64,000 nucleotides of DNA. Source: Eubacteriales bacterium (GTDB taxonomy: Bacteria; Bacillota; Clostridia; Oscillospirales; CAG-382). The translations under genes and the position numbers were made by a program. Each line of letters starts with the position of its first letter. The stretch's first letter is position 1. Positions 9,677 through 20,200 of this stretch are shown piece after piece. The notes below the pieces were generated by a model that was not told where the DNA came from, made no database searches, and was given only the letters and a program-made list of their open reading frames with translations. Location of the stretch: positions 430 through 64,429 of the forward strand of contig JAZSRP010000034.1 in assembly GCA_045538555.1 (NCBI GenBank). The letters are read 5' to 3'.

Positions 9677-10612
9677 TCAGCCCGCTTTTGCGGCAAAAAG
9701 GTCTGCAGCCAGCTTTGACAGAGCGGCAGTGACGTTTGCGTTGGATTCCAGTGCGGCGATGCAGGCGATCACCGATTCCTCCATTCGGAACAGGGTGCGC
9801 TTTGTCACCGTGCCCGAAACCGGAGTATACTCTGCTGATGGGCGGTATTTTGATTGAAGCTCGGCATTTATGAGCGTCACCAGCCGCAAAAGCAGCGGCA
9901 CGATGCTGTCACGCTTGTGCTTTGTGGCAACAAGCTGTTTGGCAAGTGCGTATCTGTCGCTTCCCAATGCCAGCAAAAACAGCTTTTCCGCTTCTTTTTT
10001 TGCGGCAGAATGCTCTTTTGACAAAAATTCAAGCGCTGTATTTGCGTTTCCGCCTGCGGCGGCAACGGCTTTTTTTATCATCTGCGGATCTGCGTTTTTT
10101 TGCGTAGAGATGAGGTATTCCTCCAGCTCGCTGTCGGTCCAGCCGGAGAGATGAATCTTGTGCCCCCTTGACAAAACCGTGGGAAGCAGTGACGAACGGG
10201 ATTCGGTCAGCAAAAAGATGACGCAGCCCTTTGGCGGCTCCTCAATGATCTTGAGCAGTGCGTTTTGGGCATCACGTCGCAGTTTGCCCGCGTTGCATAC
10301 CACAAAAACCTGCTTGTCCGCCTCGTTTGGCTTGAGGTTTGAGCGGCGGATCAGCTCTCTCACGTCGTCCATGGAGGCGGTTTTTTCTCTGCCGATAACA
10401 AAAATATCCGAGTGTCCTCCGCTTTTTATGCGAATACAGGCATCACAGAGCCCGCAGGGCTTTTTTGCTCCTTGGCAGAGCAGAATACCGGCGGCGTCCA
10501 TGGCAAAATTCAGCTTGCCCACTCCTGCCTCGCCGTCAATAATGTAGGCGTGGGAGCAGGTGCCGTTCTCGGCGCGGCTTGCAAACAGCAATAGCTCCTC
10601 TTTGTTGTACAT
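9677..10612 (-). CDS. holB: DNA polymerase III subunit delta prime
   Basis: SHAYIIDGEAGVGK P-loop, Zn-module Cys (CGLCDAC), IIEEPP motif. GGAGG Shine-Dalgarno before the ATG at 10612. Confidence 0.85.
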   Translation of the reverse strand: MYNKEELLLFASRAENGTCSHAYIIDGEAGVGKLNFAMDAAGILLCQGAKKPCGLCDACIRIKSGGHSDIFVIGREKTASMDDVRELIRRSNLKPNEADKQVFVVCNAGKLRRDAQNALLKIIEEPPKGCVIFLLTESRSSLLPTVLSRGHKIHLSGWTDSELEEYLISTQKNADPQMIKKAVAAAGGNANTALEFLSKEHSAAKKEAEKLFLLALGSDRYALAKQLVATKHKRDSIVPLLLRLVTLINAELQSKYRPSAEYTPVSGTVTKRTLFRMEESVIACIAALESNANVTAALSKLAADLFAAKAG

Positions 10613-10846
10613 TCCTCGGCCTCCGGTCATTCTTTCTCACTCTCTATAATATCACAAAATTTTTAAGAATAAAAGTCATTTTGCAAAAAAATAATTTGAC
10701 AAAGGGGCAAAAAAGAGATACACTCTTATACAACTGTAAACAAAACTATAAAATAAGTTGACCGTTGCGTTGCAAAAAAACGCTTTTTGCTGACGGCAGA
10801 GTAAAAAAACGGGTTTTGCCGTGCCTATGGAAAGGGGTAAAAACAA

Positions 10847-11668
10847 ATGAGTATCGTAGTGGGAATCGATGTGGGCGGAAGTACCACAAAGATTGTGGGA
10901 TTTGACGGAAAAAAGCTGTTGACACCCGGTATGGTAAAAGCCACCGACCCCATCGCCTCGGTGTACGGCGGGTTTGGAAAATTTACCAGCCAGAACGGAA
11001 TCAAGCTGACGGATATCAGCAAGGTAATGATCACGGGGGTAGGCTCCACCTTTTTGGGTGACAACATATACGGGCTTCCCACGGTGCACGTGGACGAGTT
11101 TGTGTCAAACGCTTGCGGAGGACTGTACCTCAGCGGGCTGGACGAGGCGGTGGTGGTCAGTATGGGCACCGGAACCGCTTTTGTGTACGCCAACGGAAAC
11201 ACACAGGAATACTGTCACCTGGGAGGTACCGGTGTGGGAGGCGGAACACTTGTGGGACTGGCAGGTCAGCTGCTGGGAATGCGCTCTGTGGAGCATCTGG
11301 CAGAGCTGGCGCTGGAGGGCGACGTGTCAAAGGTTGACCTCAAGATCTCGGATATTACCGAAAATGACATCAGCCCCACTCTTACAAACAACGCAACCGC
11401 ATCAAATTTTGGAAAAATGAGTGACCTTGCATCCCGTGCGGACATTGCCGCAGGTCTTTTGAATATGGTTTTTGAGACCATCGGCATGCTGGCGATCTTT
11501 TCTGCAAGGATGAAGGACATCAAGGATATCGTTCTGATCGGAAATCTGACGGAACTGCCTCAGGCATCGACGGTGTTCGGTACCTTGTCGGCAATGTTTT
11601 CCATGAACTTTGTGATCCCCGAAAACGCCACCTTTGGCACCGTTATCGGCGCCGCACTTCAGAGCTGA
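10847..11668 (+). CDS. coaW: Type II pantothenate kinase
   Basis: 273 aa. ASKHA-fold motifs GIDVGGSTTKIV, VSMGTGTAF, GGTGVGGGT and TASNFGK resemble staphylococcal-type CoaW. Confidence 0.75.
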   Translation: MSIVVGIDVGGSTTKIVGFDGKKLLTPGMVKATDPIASVYGGFGKFTSQNGIKLTDISKVMITGVGSTFLGDNIYGLPTVHVDEFVSNACGGLYLSGLDEAVVVSMGTGTAFVYANGNTQEYCHLGGTGVGGGTLVGLAGQLLGMRSVEHLAELALEGDVSKVDLKISDITENDISPTLTNNATASNFGKMSDLASRADIAAGLLNMVFETIGMLAIFSARMKDIKDIVLIGNLTELPQASTVFGTLSAMFSMNFVIPENATFGTVIGAALQS

Positions 11669-11687
11669 CGGGCGAAAGGAACAAAAA

Positions 11688-12068
11688 ATGGCAGAAAACA
11701 ACAGATGGAACAAAAAAATATTTGCTCTCCTGCTGGAGGAGGCAAAGGGTGTGAGATCCTGGCGTCAGTTTGCGTCAGAATGCGATATTTCCTACGTGCA
11801 GATGCGAAAATTGGCTCGCTGCACTCAGGAAAACCCGCCCCGTCCCAAGCTCATCCGAAAAGTGGCAAGACACGCCTTTGGCGAGGTGGATCTGGAGGAT
11901 CTGATGTTTGCTGCAGGAATCCGGACGGGCGAGACGGCGGCACCCAGAGAGGAAAAGAAAAATCAGGATTCTTTTGCCTCCGGATACAACCGCCTGTCGC
12001 CCAAGGACCGCAGGGCAGCGGAGCTTTTTGTGGAATTTTTGCTGAACAAAGAGGAATCCGACAAATAA
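11688..12068 (+). CDS. Hypothetical protein, possible HTH
   Basis: 126-aa ORF starting 20 nt after coaW. The segment FASECDISYVQMRKLAR is HTH-like. No family recognised. Confidence 0.5.
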   Translation: MAENNRWNKKIFALLLEEAKGVRSWRQFASECDISYVQMRKLARCTQENPPRPKLIRKVARHAFGEVDLEDLMFAAGIRTGETAAPREEKKNQDSFASGYNRLSPKDRRAAELFVEFLLNKEESDK

Positions 12069-12071
12069 TAA

Positions 12072-12365
12072 TCAGTTCAGCAAAAGAAACATGATCAAAA
12101 GCGCTGCCAGATCGTTGCTTCCGTCGGAATCGGTGAGCAGCAAAAGCGCTATGCCCAAAAGGATCAGATCGTCGGTTTTCAAACCGTGAAAAATATCAAG
12201 TCCCAACAGTCCTTTTGGCTTTTCCGACGGGGACTCGGCGTGTTCTTTTTGAGGAGTCTGAGGAGTTTGATCCTCCTGCTGAGTCCAATAGCTTTGGTTT
12301 TCCTCCCTCTGGAGGTTGTATAGCTGTCCGTCGCTGCGTATCCCCGAAAAATCTCTGTTGTACAC
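12072..12365 (-). CDS. Hypothetical small membrane-anchored protein
   Basis: 97 aa. Q/E/P-rich N-terminus and a C-terminal hydrophobic segment. Third gene of a tight three-gene unit. Confidence 0.5.
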   Translation of the reverse strand: MYNRDFSGIRSDGQLYNLQREENQSYWTQQEDQTPQTPQKEHAESPSEKPKGLLGLDIFHGLKTDDLILLGIALLLLTDSDGSNDLAALLIMFLLLN

Positions 12366-12374
12366 GGATTCACC

Positions 12375-12686
12375 CTACTTTCTGCCAAGGAGAGGGCCGA
12401 TGACCGAGGCAATGGTCATCAGCTTGGTCATCTGGTCGATCCGTTCCTGCCGTTCTTTGCTAAGCAGCGGCTTGAGGGATGACAGAAGCGCCAGCATGGG
12501 CTGGTCTTTGCCCAACGGGGGAAGAACGGGAGAGGGCTGTGAAAAAGCGGTTTGCTCCGCAGGGGGCGGAGATGGCGGCGGTTGACTTTGAGAGATGCCC
12601 AGCCCGCTTGCGATCTCCATGATTTTTGCCATGGAGTCGGGATCCGAGAGTACCCGATTGAGCTTTGTCTGAAGATCATCCTCCAT
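12375..12686 (-). CDS. Hypothetical small protein (Pro-rich centre)
   Basis: 103 aa. Overlaps the upstream small ORF by 11 nt. No family recognised. Confidence 0.5.
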   Translation of the reverse strand: MEDDLQTKLNRVLSDPDSMAKIMEIASGLGISQSQPPPSPPPAEQTAFSQPSPVLPPLGKDQPMLALLSSLKPLLSKERQERIDQMTKLMTIASVIGPLLGRK

Positions 12687-12939
12687 TTTTTGACTCTCCT
12701 TTTTTTATGATGGAAAAAATTTGGTCGCTCTTTTCTTTTCCTGCGGATTTTATGATAGATTCTGCCTCCGACGGAGTCATGCGGGAAAGAGCGTTTCGCA
12801 CAAAATCCAGGTTTTCCAGCAGGTTTGCGGTCTTTTTTGAGTCTGCGCCCGCCGCTTGTGCGATCTGCTTTGTCAGCTCGCCCAGGGTTTTGTCGTCAAG
12901 AGAGATGAGACGGTCAAGAGAGCTTTTGTCCAGTTCCAT
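12676..12939 (-). CDS. Hypothetical small protein
   Basis: 87 aa from the ATG at 12939, preceded by GGAGG. The longer track ORF (to 13038) lacks a Shine-Dalgarno and would overlap the divergent gene. Confidence 0.5.
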   Translation of the reverse strand: MELDKSSLDRLISLDDKTLGELTKQIAQAAGADSKKTANLLENLDFVRNALSRMTPSEAESIIKSAGKEKSDQIFSIIKKGESKNGG

Positions 12940-12998
12940 AAAACAAGATTCCTCCGTGAAAAAAATTTTGATAGATCCCGTGAAAGGGGGAGAATAAA

Positions 12999-13505
12999 AT
13001 GTATAAATGCAAGCCCGAAAGGTCTGTAAAGCAGACAAGAATCCTGCTCATAACCTGCGTTTTTGTGACGCTTTCCGTGTTTTTGCTGGCGTCGTTGTTT
13101 TCTCAATGGGGCGGAGTTTTGCGTTTTTTGGGGTTTGCCTGCCTAGTGACCTCCATCCTTTTTGTGGTAAAATATACTTTGACGGAGATGGAGTATGCCG
13201 TTGACGGCGGAGATTTTTTGGTCACAAAGATCGTAGGAAACAAGCGCACCGTCATGTGCTGTGTGGATATGTCCACTGCCATCGGCATATATACAAAGAG
13301 TGAGTACAACAATCTGCCAAAAAGCGAAAAAGCGGTGACAAAATACGTGCTGAACCAAAACATGAAGGCAGATTCCCACGTGTATCTCTGCGAGTTTAAC
13401 GGCAGACGGGCAATGGTGGAGTTTGAGCCCAATCCTCCCTTTGTTGCCATCATGAGAGAGGAGATAAAAAAAGCCAAGGAAGCAGCGGAAAAAGAGCAGT
13501 CGTGA
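12999..13505 (+). CDS. Hypothetical two-TM membrane protein
   Basis: 168 aa. GGGGGAG Shine-Dalgarno, two N-terminal hydrophobic helices, then a soluble domain. Confidence 0.6.
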   Translation: MYKCKPERSVKQTRILLITCVFVTLSVFLLASLFSQWGGVLRFLGFACLVTSILFVVKYTLTEMEYAVDGGDFLVTKIVGNKRTVMCCVDMSTAIGIYTKSEYNNLPKSEKAVTKYVLNQNMKADSHVYLCEFNGRRAMVEFEPNPPFVAIMREEIKKAKEAAEKEQS

Positions 13506-13636
13506 GCGTTGCAGATGCTTTTTGTGCTATTTTCATTGTATGCAGCAGTGCCGTTGCGGTTGCGTAACGGGGATTACTTTATGATATGATTTTTTGTGTT
13601 ATTTGACACGTTTAAAAAAGCCAAGAGGTGAGAGTC

Positions 13637-15070
13637 ATGTTTGACGTTGCGGTTATCGGCGGAGGCATTACCGGCGCCGCTATTGCGTATTATCTTTCAA
13701 AATACAAGGTTTCGTGCTGTGTGCTGGAAAAAGAAAACGACGTTGCCATGGGCACCACCCGTGCCAACAGCGGCATCGTTCATGCCGGGTATGATCCCGA
13801 GCCCGACACACTGATGGCGCGGCTCAACGTCAGGGGAAACCTGCTGACAGAGCAGCTCTGCTCAAAATACAACGTTCCCTTCAAAAAAACGGGCTCCATC
13901 GTCATTGCATTTGACGACAGCAATATGGAGCATATCAAAAAGCTTTTTGAAAGAGGACAAAAAAACGGAGTCCCCGGGCTTTGCATTCTCTCCTCAGACG
14001 AGGTTTTGAGACTGGAGCCAAACCTGTCCCGTGACGTAAAAGGCGCGCTTTTTGCGCCCACGGGAGCTGTGGTAAATCCCTGGCGGCTCTGTCTTGCTCT
14101 CTGCGAGACGGCGGCTTGGAACGGAGTGGAATTTTTTACGGATTTTGCTGTTGACAGTATAAAAAAGACCCGGTCGGGGTTTGCGATCACTGCAGGAGAC
14201 AAGCAGGTGGAGGCAAGGTATGCGGTCAATGCCGCAGGACTTTTTGCCGACAGGATCGCAGAGCTGGCGGGGTGCGCCGATTTTTCGGTCACCGCTTCAA
14301 AGGGGCAGTATTATCTGCTGGACAAGACCCAAAAAGGGCTTGTAAACACGGTGGTCTTCCAGTGTCCCACAAAGCTGGGCAAGGGTGTGCTGGTGTCCCC
14401 CACCGCTGACGGAAATATTATTGTTGGCCCCAATGCGGAGTCAAACAATGTCAAGGAGGACCTTTCCACCGATCGGGAGGGATTGGCGTACGTGTCCCGA
14501 GAGGCGGCAAAAAGCGTTCCAAACATAAATTACCGAGACAATATTCGTTGTTTTGCGGGGTTGCGTGCCAACTCCACAGACTCTGATTTTATTATACGTG
14601 AGTCCAATGTGCCGGGATTTTTCCACGCTGCGGGCATAAAATCTCCCGGGCTTTCCTCTGCTCCCGCCATTGGTGAGTATATGACGGAGCTGCTTGAAAA
14701 ATCAGGGCTTTTGCTTGAGAAAAAAGAAAATTTTGTGGAGCCGAGGTTCCCAAAACCCTTTTCCGAGATGACTCCCGAGGAGAAAAAAGCCGCCTGTGCA
14801 CGAGATCCGAGGTACGGAAACGTTGTGTGTCGCTGCAATACGGTCACGGAGGCGGAGATCGCCTTTGCACTGGAAATGAAGCTTTCTGCCGTCACCATTG
14901 ACGGCGTGAAGCGCCGTGTAGGCACGGGAATGGGCAGATGCCAGGGCGGATTTTGCGGTCCCCGTGTTCATGAGCTGATATGCCGTCACAGAGGTGTGGA
15001 TCGCGAGTCGGTTTTTGCGGACAGAAACGGCTCCTATATTGTGGTAGGAAAGACGGGTGAGCAAAAATGA
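13637..15070 (+). CDS. FAD-dependent oxidoreductase, GlpA-like glycerol-3-phosphate dehydrogenase with BFD-like [2Fe-2S] domain
   Basis: VIGGGITGAA dinucleotide fold. C-terminal VCRCNTV...GMGRCQGGFC Cys motif. ATG at 13637 follows AGAGGTGAGAG. Confidence 0.8.
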   Translation: MFDVAVIGGGITGAAIAYYLSKYKVSCCVLEKENDVAMGTTRANSGIVHAGYDPEPDTLMARLNVRGNLLTEQLCSKYNVPFKKTGSIVIAFDDSNMEHIKKLFERGQKNGVPGLCILSSDEVLRLEPNLSRDVKGALFAPTGAVVNPWRLCLALCETAAWNGVEFFTDFAVDSIKKTRSGFAITAGDKQVEARYAVNAAGLFADRIAELAGCADFSVTASKGQYYLLDKTQKGLVNTVVFQCPTKLGKGVLVSPTADGNIIVGPNAESNNVKEDLSTDREGLAYVSREAAKSVPNINYRDNIRCFAGLRANSTDSDFIIRESNVPGFFHAAGIKSPGLSSAPAIGEYMTELLEKSGLLLEKKENFVEPRFPKPFSEMTPEEKKAACARDPRYGNVVCRCNTVTEAEIAFALEMKLSAVTIDGVKRRVGTGMGRCQGGFCGPRVHELICRHRGVDRESVFADRNGSYIVVGKTGEQK

Positions 15071-16326
15071 CCCAAAAGTGTGATGTTGCCGTTATCGGTG
15101 CGGGCCCTGCGGGACTTGCCGCAGCATATTCCGCCTGGAACAGCGGTGTAAAGAATATTTTGCTTATCGAGCGTGACGTGGAGGCGGGAGGGATCCTCAA
15201 CCAGTGCATCCACAACGGGTTTGGGCTTCACCGCTTCGGCCAGGAGCTCAGCGGCCCCGAGTACGCCCAAAAATATATTGAAATGCTGCGGGACACAGGG
15301 GTGACACTGCGTCTCGGCACCATGGTGCTTGACATAAGCGAAAAAAGGATCTGCACCGTTTCAAAGGATCGTGGATATGAGGAGATCGAGGCAAAAGCCG
15401 TGATTCTTGCCATGGGCTGCCGTGAGCGGAGCAGAGGTCCCATCTTTTTGGCAGGCGACAGAGGAAGCGGAGTTTTTACTGCAGGATGCGCCCAGAGATA
15501 CCTCAACATCGAGGGCTATCTTGTGGGAAAACGTGTGGTGATACTGGGCTCCGGCGATATCGGACTTATTATGGCACGCCGAATGACGCTGGAAGGCGCC
15601 AAGGTGCTGGCGGTGGCTGAGCTGATGCCTTATTCCAACGGTCTGATCCGAAACGTGGTTCAGTGTCTTGAGGATTTTGACATTCCCCTTTACCTTTCTC
15701 ATACCGTCACAAGGGTGACGGGAAACAACCGTGTGGAATCCGTTGAGATCTCACAGGTGGATGAGAATAAAAATCCCATAAAAGGTACGGAGATCACTTT
15801 TGAGTGTGATACTCTTTTGCTTTCTGTTGGTCTCGTGCCGGAAAACGAGCTGAGCCGAAGTGCGGGCGTGGAGCTTGACCCCCGCACCAACGGACCCTTG
15901 GTGGACGACAGGATGCAGACCTCTCTTGAGGGCGTGTTTGCCTGCGGAAACGTGCTTCACGTCCACGATCTGGTGGACTACGTTTCTGCCGAGAGCGAGC
16001 GAGCAGGCGTTTCTGCGGCAGAGTACGTGCTGGGCGAAAAAAAAGAAAAAACTCTCCGAGCTCTGAAAAACGGCGACGGGGTGGCCTATACCGTTCCCCA
16101 GCGGTTTGACGGCGAAACGGATAAAAAGCTGGAAATATTTTTCCGCGTTCGCAACAGGATCAAAAAAGGCGAGATACGGGTTTTTGCGGGGGAGACACAG
16201 ATCGCCTCGTTCAAGCGTGAGTTTATGGCGCCCGCAGAGATGCAAAAAATCGTTGTTCCTCCCGTACTGCTTCAAAAAGCAGAGGGGGATCTGACGGTTT
16301 GCGCCGTCAGCACGGAGGTGGACTGA
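15067..16326 (+). CDS. Pyridine nucleotide-disulfide family FAD/NAD(P) oxidoreductase
   Basis: Two Rossmann motifs (VIGAGPAGLAAA and VILGSGDIGL). 4-nt overlap with the GlpA-like gene. Confidence 0.8.
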   Translation: MTQKCDVAVIGAGPAGLAAAYSAWNSGVKNILLIERDVEAGGILNQCIHNGFGLHRFGQELSGPEYAQKYIEMLRDTGVTLRLGTMVLDISEKRICTVSKDRGYEEIEAKAVILAMGCRERSRGPIFLAGDRGSGVFTAGCAQRYLNIEGYLVGKRVVILGSGDIGLIMARRMTLEGAKVLAVAELMPYSNGLIRNVVQCLEDFDIPLYLSHTVTRVTGNNRVESVEISQVDENKNPIKGTEITFECDTLLLSVGLVPENELSRSAGVELDPRTNGPLVDDRMQTSLEGVFACGNVLHVHDLVDYVSAESERAGVSAAEYVLGEKKEKTLRALKNGDGVAYTVPQRFDGETDKKLEIFFRVRNRIKKGEIRVFAGETQIASFKREFMAPAEMQKIVVPPVLLQKAEGDLTVCAVSTEVD

Positions 16327-16327
16327 A

Positions 16328-16672
16328 ATGAAAAGAGAACTTGTGTGCACAGTCTGCCCGCGGGGATGCCGCCTCACGGCAGATGATGAAACCTTTGCCG
16401 TCAGCGGGAATTTTTGCCCCCGCGGCGAGGAATACGGAAAAGCGGAGGTCACCGACCCAAAGCGCACCGTCACCGGCACCGTGGCAATAAAAGGCGGGAT
16501 CCACAGCCGCCTGCCCGTGCGTACCGCCGCCCCCGTTTCAAAATCAAAAATGCAAGATGTGATGAAAGAGCTTCACTCGTTCACCGCCGTTTCTCCGGTA
16601 AAAAGAGGAGAAGTCCTCATCAAAAATGCGGCAGAAACGGGAGTTGACGTGATCGCTTCCCGTGATATGTGA
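16328..16672 (+). CDS. DUF1667 domain protein
   Basis: 114 aa. CTVCPRGC...CPRG motif. It is the usual third member of this flavoprotein trio in Clostridia and Thermotogae. Confidence 0.75.
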   Translation: MKRELVCTVCPRGCRLTADDETFAVSGNFCPRGEEYGKAEVTDPKRTVTGTVAIKGGIHSRLPVRTAAPVSKSKMQDVMKELHSFTAVSPVKRGEVLIKNAAETGVDVIASRDM

Positions 16673-16684
16673 TCCACAAAAACC

Positions 16685-16721
16685 AACCGCCCTTCGGCAG
16701 CTGTGCCAAGGGGCGGTTTTG
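16685..16721 (+). terminator. Rho-independent terminator of the flavoprotein operon
   Basis: Long GC-rich hairpin aaccgcccttcggca / tgccaaggggcggtt followed by TTTTGTT. Confidence 0.7.
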
Positions 16722-16900
16722 TTATTTATTTGCAAAAAAATAGTCAAAATACACATCGCAATATATAGAGAGAACCGAAAAAAAACAACAAGATGTTGTA
16801 AAAAAACGAAACATATACCATTTATTTGAAAAATGCAGGAAAATCGGGCAAAAAGGGGTTGAAAAAATGCACAAATTTTTTTAAAACAACCAAAGAAATG

Positions 16901-16929
16901 TTGACAAAATCAGTTGAGTGTTGTATAAT
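16901..16929 (+). promoter_or_regulatory. Exact consensus sigma-A promoter
   Basis: TTGACA (16901-16906), 17-nt spacer, TATAAT (16924-16929). About 300 nt upstream of the 17235 start. Confidence 0.75.
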
Positions 16930-17234
16930 TGTTCCAAACAATGGTGTAATATTCCGTGCATGCGCCTTTTTTTCTCAAAAATTTGTTTGTAGAAGGACAG
17001 ATGATGGGTTAACAGGGTGTTGTTTTGCCGTTATATTATTTATAATGGAAGGAACAAGAGGATCCCGGAGCATTGCTCGAGGATGCTTCGGTAAAAAACG
17101 GAATGTTACGTCAGGACCTGCAGCATGAGAGGATGGTGCCGCCTCGCAGGGTGATCAAAGCCCGCCTTGTGATCGTGGCTCTGTCGGCTTTTGCAAGCGG
17201 TCCGCAGTTAAAAAATCTAAAAAGGAGAAAACAC

Positions 17235-20200
17235 ATGAAAAGGACTCTCAAAAGATCCCTGGCAACAGTTCTGTCCGTCCTGATGGTAGTCACCAGCATG
17301 ACCGCTGTTCTTGCCCTGTTTGCAGGCGCATACAACACAGGTGATGCTGTAGTTACCGGCGACTTTGTGAAGGTTAACCACAACCTCACAGCTACCCAGA
17401 CCGACTATATCACGGCAGACAACATTACCAACTATGCCAACTCCATGAATGATGGCATCACCGCTGATCCTGACGGCGGATTCTCCTACGGCGCTCCTTG
17501 GTATGCTTTCTATCTGTCCAACGACAACTCCAAGTATACCATCGATCCCGCTACCCACACCGGTTATGCTACCTTTGACCTTGGCGCTGCAAAGCCCATC
17601 TCTGAGGTTGCAATGCAGGTTGCTCCCGCTATCGGTACCGCTTCTTCCATCAAAGCATACGTCTCTGACGACAATGCAACTTGGGAAGAGGTTGCTACCC
17701 TGACCTACGAGGGCACCGCAATCCAGACAATCTCCGCAGTATTTGAGACCGAGATCGTTGCTCAGTACTGGAGATTTGAGTTTGTTACCGACGGCATGTT
17801 CTTCATGGTCTCCGAGATCATGGTTTATGAGTACAAGGCCGCTGAGAAAGCAAACATCGGCTCCATCAACGCATACGACTGGACTGCAAATCTTCCCATC
17901 ATCCTCGCTTACGGCAGGGACAAGACCGTTGAGACCGCTGTTGGCGGCAACTGGTTTGCATGGTGGATCAAGATCAAGGCAGAGTGGAGCCAGGACGATC
18001 ACGCATTTGTTGTAAATGCAATTGATGGCGCTCCCGGCACCGAGTCTCATGACTATGAGACCTGGACCCTTGGCGAAAAAGAGGTTATCCTCCTTGCCAA
18101 CTCCGGCAACGTTGACGCTGCTTCCTATGCTGCAGCTTCTGCTCTTGCAGTAGGCGACAAGCTCTACCTCTACGGCTTTGATTTCACAAACGCATCCGTC
18201 AACAACCTCTCCACCGAGGCAGACGGCGTTTACACTTCCTCTGTGTACTTCTACACTCAGATGGCAGTGGAAGATGGTGCATATGATGTTCCCGACGTAG
18301 TATATCCCGGTTACTTCACCGATGTTGATGTTCCCGAATTTGCAACCGTTGAAAACATCATCGATGACACCACCGTCATCACCCACGATTATGCCGCAAA
18401 CACTTCTTACCCCGGCGACATCGCTGACGGTATTGCTCCCGATTCCGGATACACCACCGATTGGCGTTCTTATCCCAACGGAACCACCTCCACCCTGTTT
18501 GATCTGGGCGCAGAGCGCTCCGACATCGGCGGTGTGAGAGTATACCTCTGGCCCGCAAACCAGTCCGGTATCGTTCCTCCCGATGCAATCAACGTATATG
18601 CATCCTGCGACAACGTTTCCTACGCACTCATGGGCACATTCGATCTGTCTGATCCTTTCTACAGCGAGAAGAGCTCCGAAACCATCTGGGCTGAGCTCAA
18701 GTTTGAGAAATTCCTCAACGCTCGCTACATCAAGATCGAGTTTGTAAACAATGCATCCTTCTGCTTTGTTGGTGAGATTGAGATCTGCGCAATGGAAGAG
18801 ATTTCCGTTCAGTATTTCACCACCACCTATGAGTACAGCACCAGCTCCATCAACCTTATCTCCTACGCAATGGCAGATATCCTTGATGACTGCAACGCAA
18901 ACCTCAAGACACACGAGTACTGGAACTTTGCTCAGGTTGAGTGGAATGCGGCTACCAGCACCTACCAGGTAGCAGGCGTTTACACCGCTGAGGCAGGCAA
19001 AGATTTTGGTGATCTTGCAGTTCCCAAGTACGGCTTCATCATCGGTGCACATGCTTCCGGCGGCGACGAGGCAGCAGAGGCATTTGCAGCATTTATCGCT
19101 TCTCTCAGTGAGGGCGACGATCTGTACCTCTACGGCGCAGACCTTGTTGAACTCACCGAGGTTGGCACCGCTATTCCCGATGCTTACATCACCACATCTC
19201 CCGTAGCAGGCGAGACCGCATACAGACCTGAGGTTATTCCTCTGTACACCTCTGTTGGTTTTGCAGCTTCTGACTCCACCCTCTTTGTTAGAATCACCAA
19301 AGAGGACGGCACTGTTCTCTCCACCCTCCAGGATGTCGCTGCTTATATCAGAGGCATCGAGGTTGGCGACCAGACCGACTACAACTACTACTACGTGATC
19401 ACCGTTGATGCTGACGACGTTGTTACCGGTACCTACTACGTACTGGGCAGAGACAACGAGGGCGGCCTCAAGGGCGAGATTGAGATCCCCGAGGGCGGCT
19501 ACGCAATCGGTCTCAACGCAGGAAGCAGCTATGCTGCAGAGTTCCAGGAATTCGTTGTAGGCGACAGCGTTGTTCTTTACGGCGTTGACCTCGACGAGCT
19601 TGCTCAGAACCCCGGTGCAACCATCGTTGAAGATGATCCTGCAACCGAGGATGTGGATGAGTCCTCCGTGACCGCTTCCACCATTGATATTTCCGGCGCA
19701 TTCTTTGCACGCGGCCACGTACATACATGGGAGACCATCGTTCTGGAACCCACATGTACTGCTGACGGCTACACCTATGACAAGTGCTCCACCTGCGGAG
19801 AGATCGTTATTGACGAGTCCACACGTGTTGGTATGACCGGTCACGATGAGTCCGGCGAGATCCTCACCAAGGAGCCCACCTGTGTTGATGAGGGATACGA
19901 TTACCGCATCTGCGGCAACTGCAATGAAGAGCTTGTTATTGAAGGAACCTCCGTTCCCGCAACCGGCAACCACACCTATGGTGAGGGCATTGCTGTCAAC
20001 ACCAAGTTCCTCCAGAAGACCTGTGAGGTTTGCTCCGGTGTTATCTACACCGACAATGACGGCAACGTTGCAAAAGACATTGTTGTTTCTCACAGAAATG
20101 CTTACAACTGGGGCACCTATGAGGCAATGATCATCACCGGCGAGGGCAAGACTGTTACAGAAGTAATCGGTCAGTCTCCTCTCTGGTGGACTGTTACCGT

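Noticed and set aside
8363-9718. 451-aa + strand ORF opposite ricT
   Set aside because: Antisense shadow of the PSP1/RicT gene. Low-complexity translation, no Shine-Dalgarno, and it overlaps the terminator.
17073-17234. 54-codon N-terminal extension of the dockerin protein (track start 17073)
   Set aside because: No Shine-Dalgarno at 17073. The ATG at 17235 has AAAGGAG 7 nt upstream and begins a canonical signal peptide. The extension would bury that signal peptide.
16930-17234. Assigning the long leader to a named riboswitch class (c-di-GMP, ZTP, cobalamin)
   Set aside because: Only short, partial resemblances to consensus motifs when compared by eye. Not enough to name a class without a covariance-model search.
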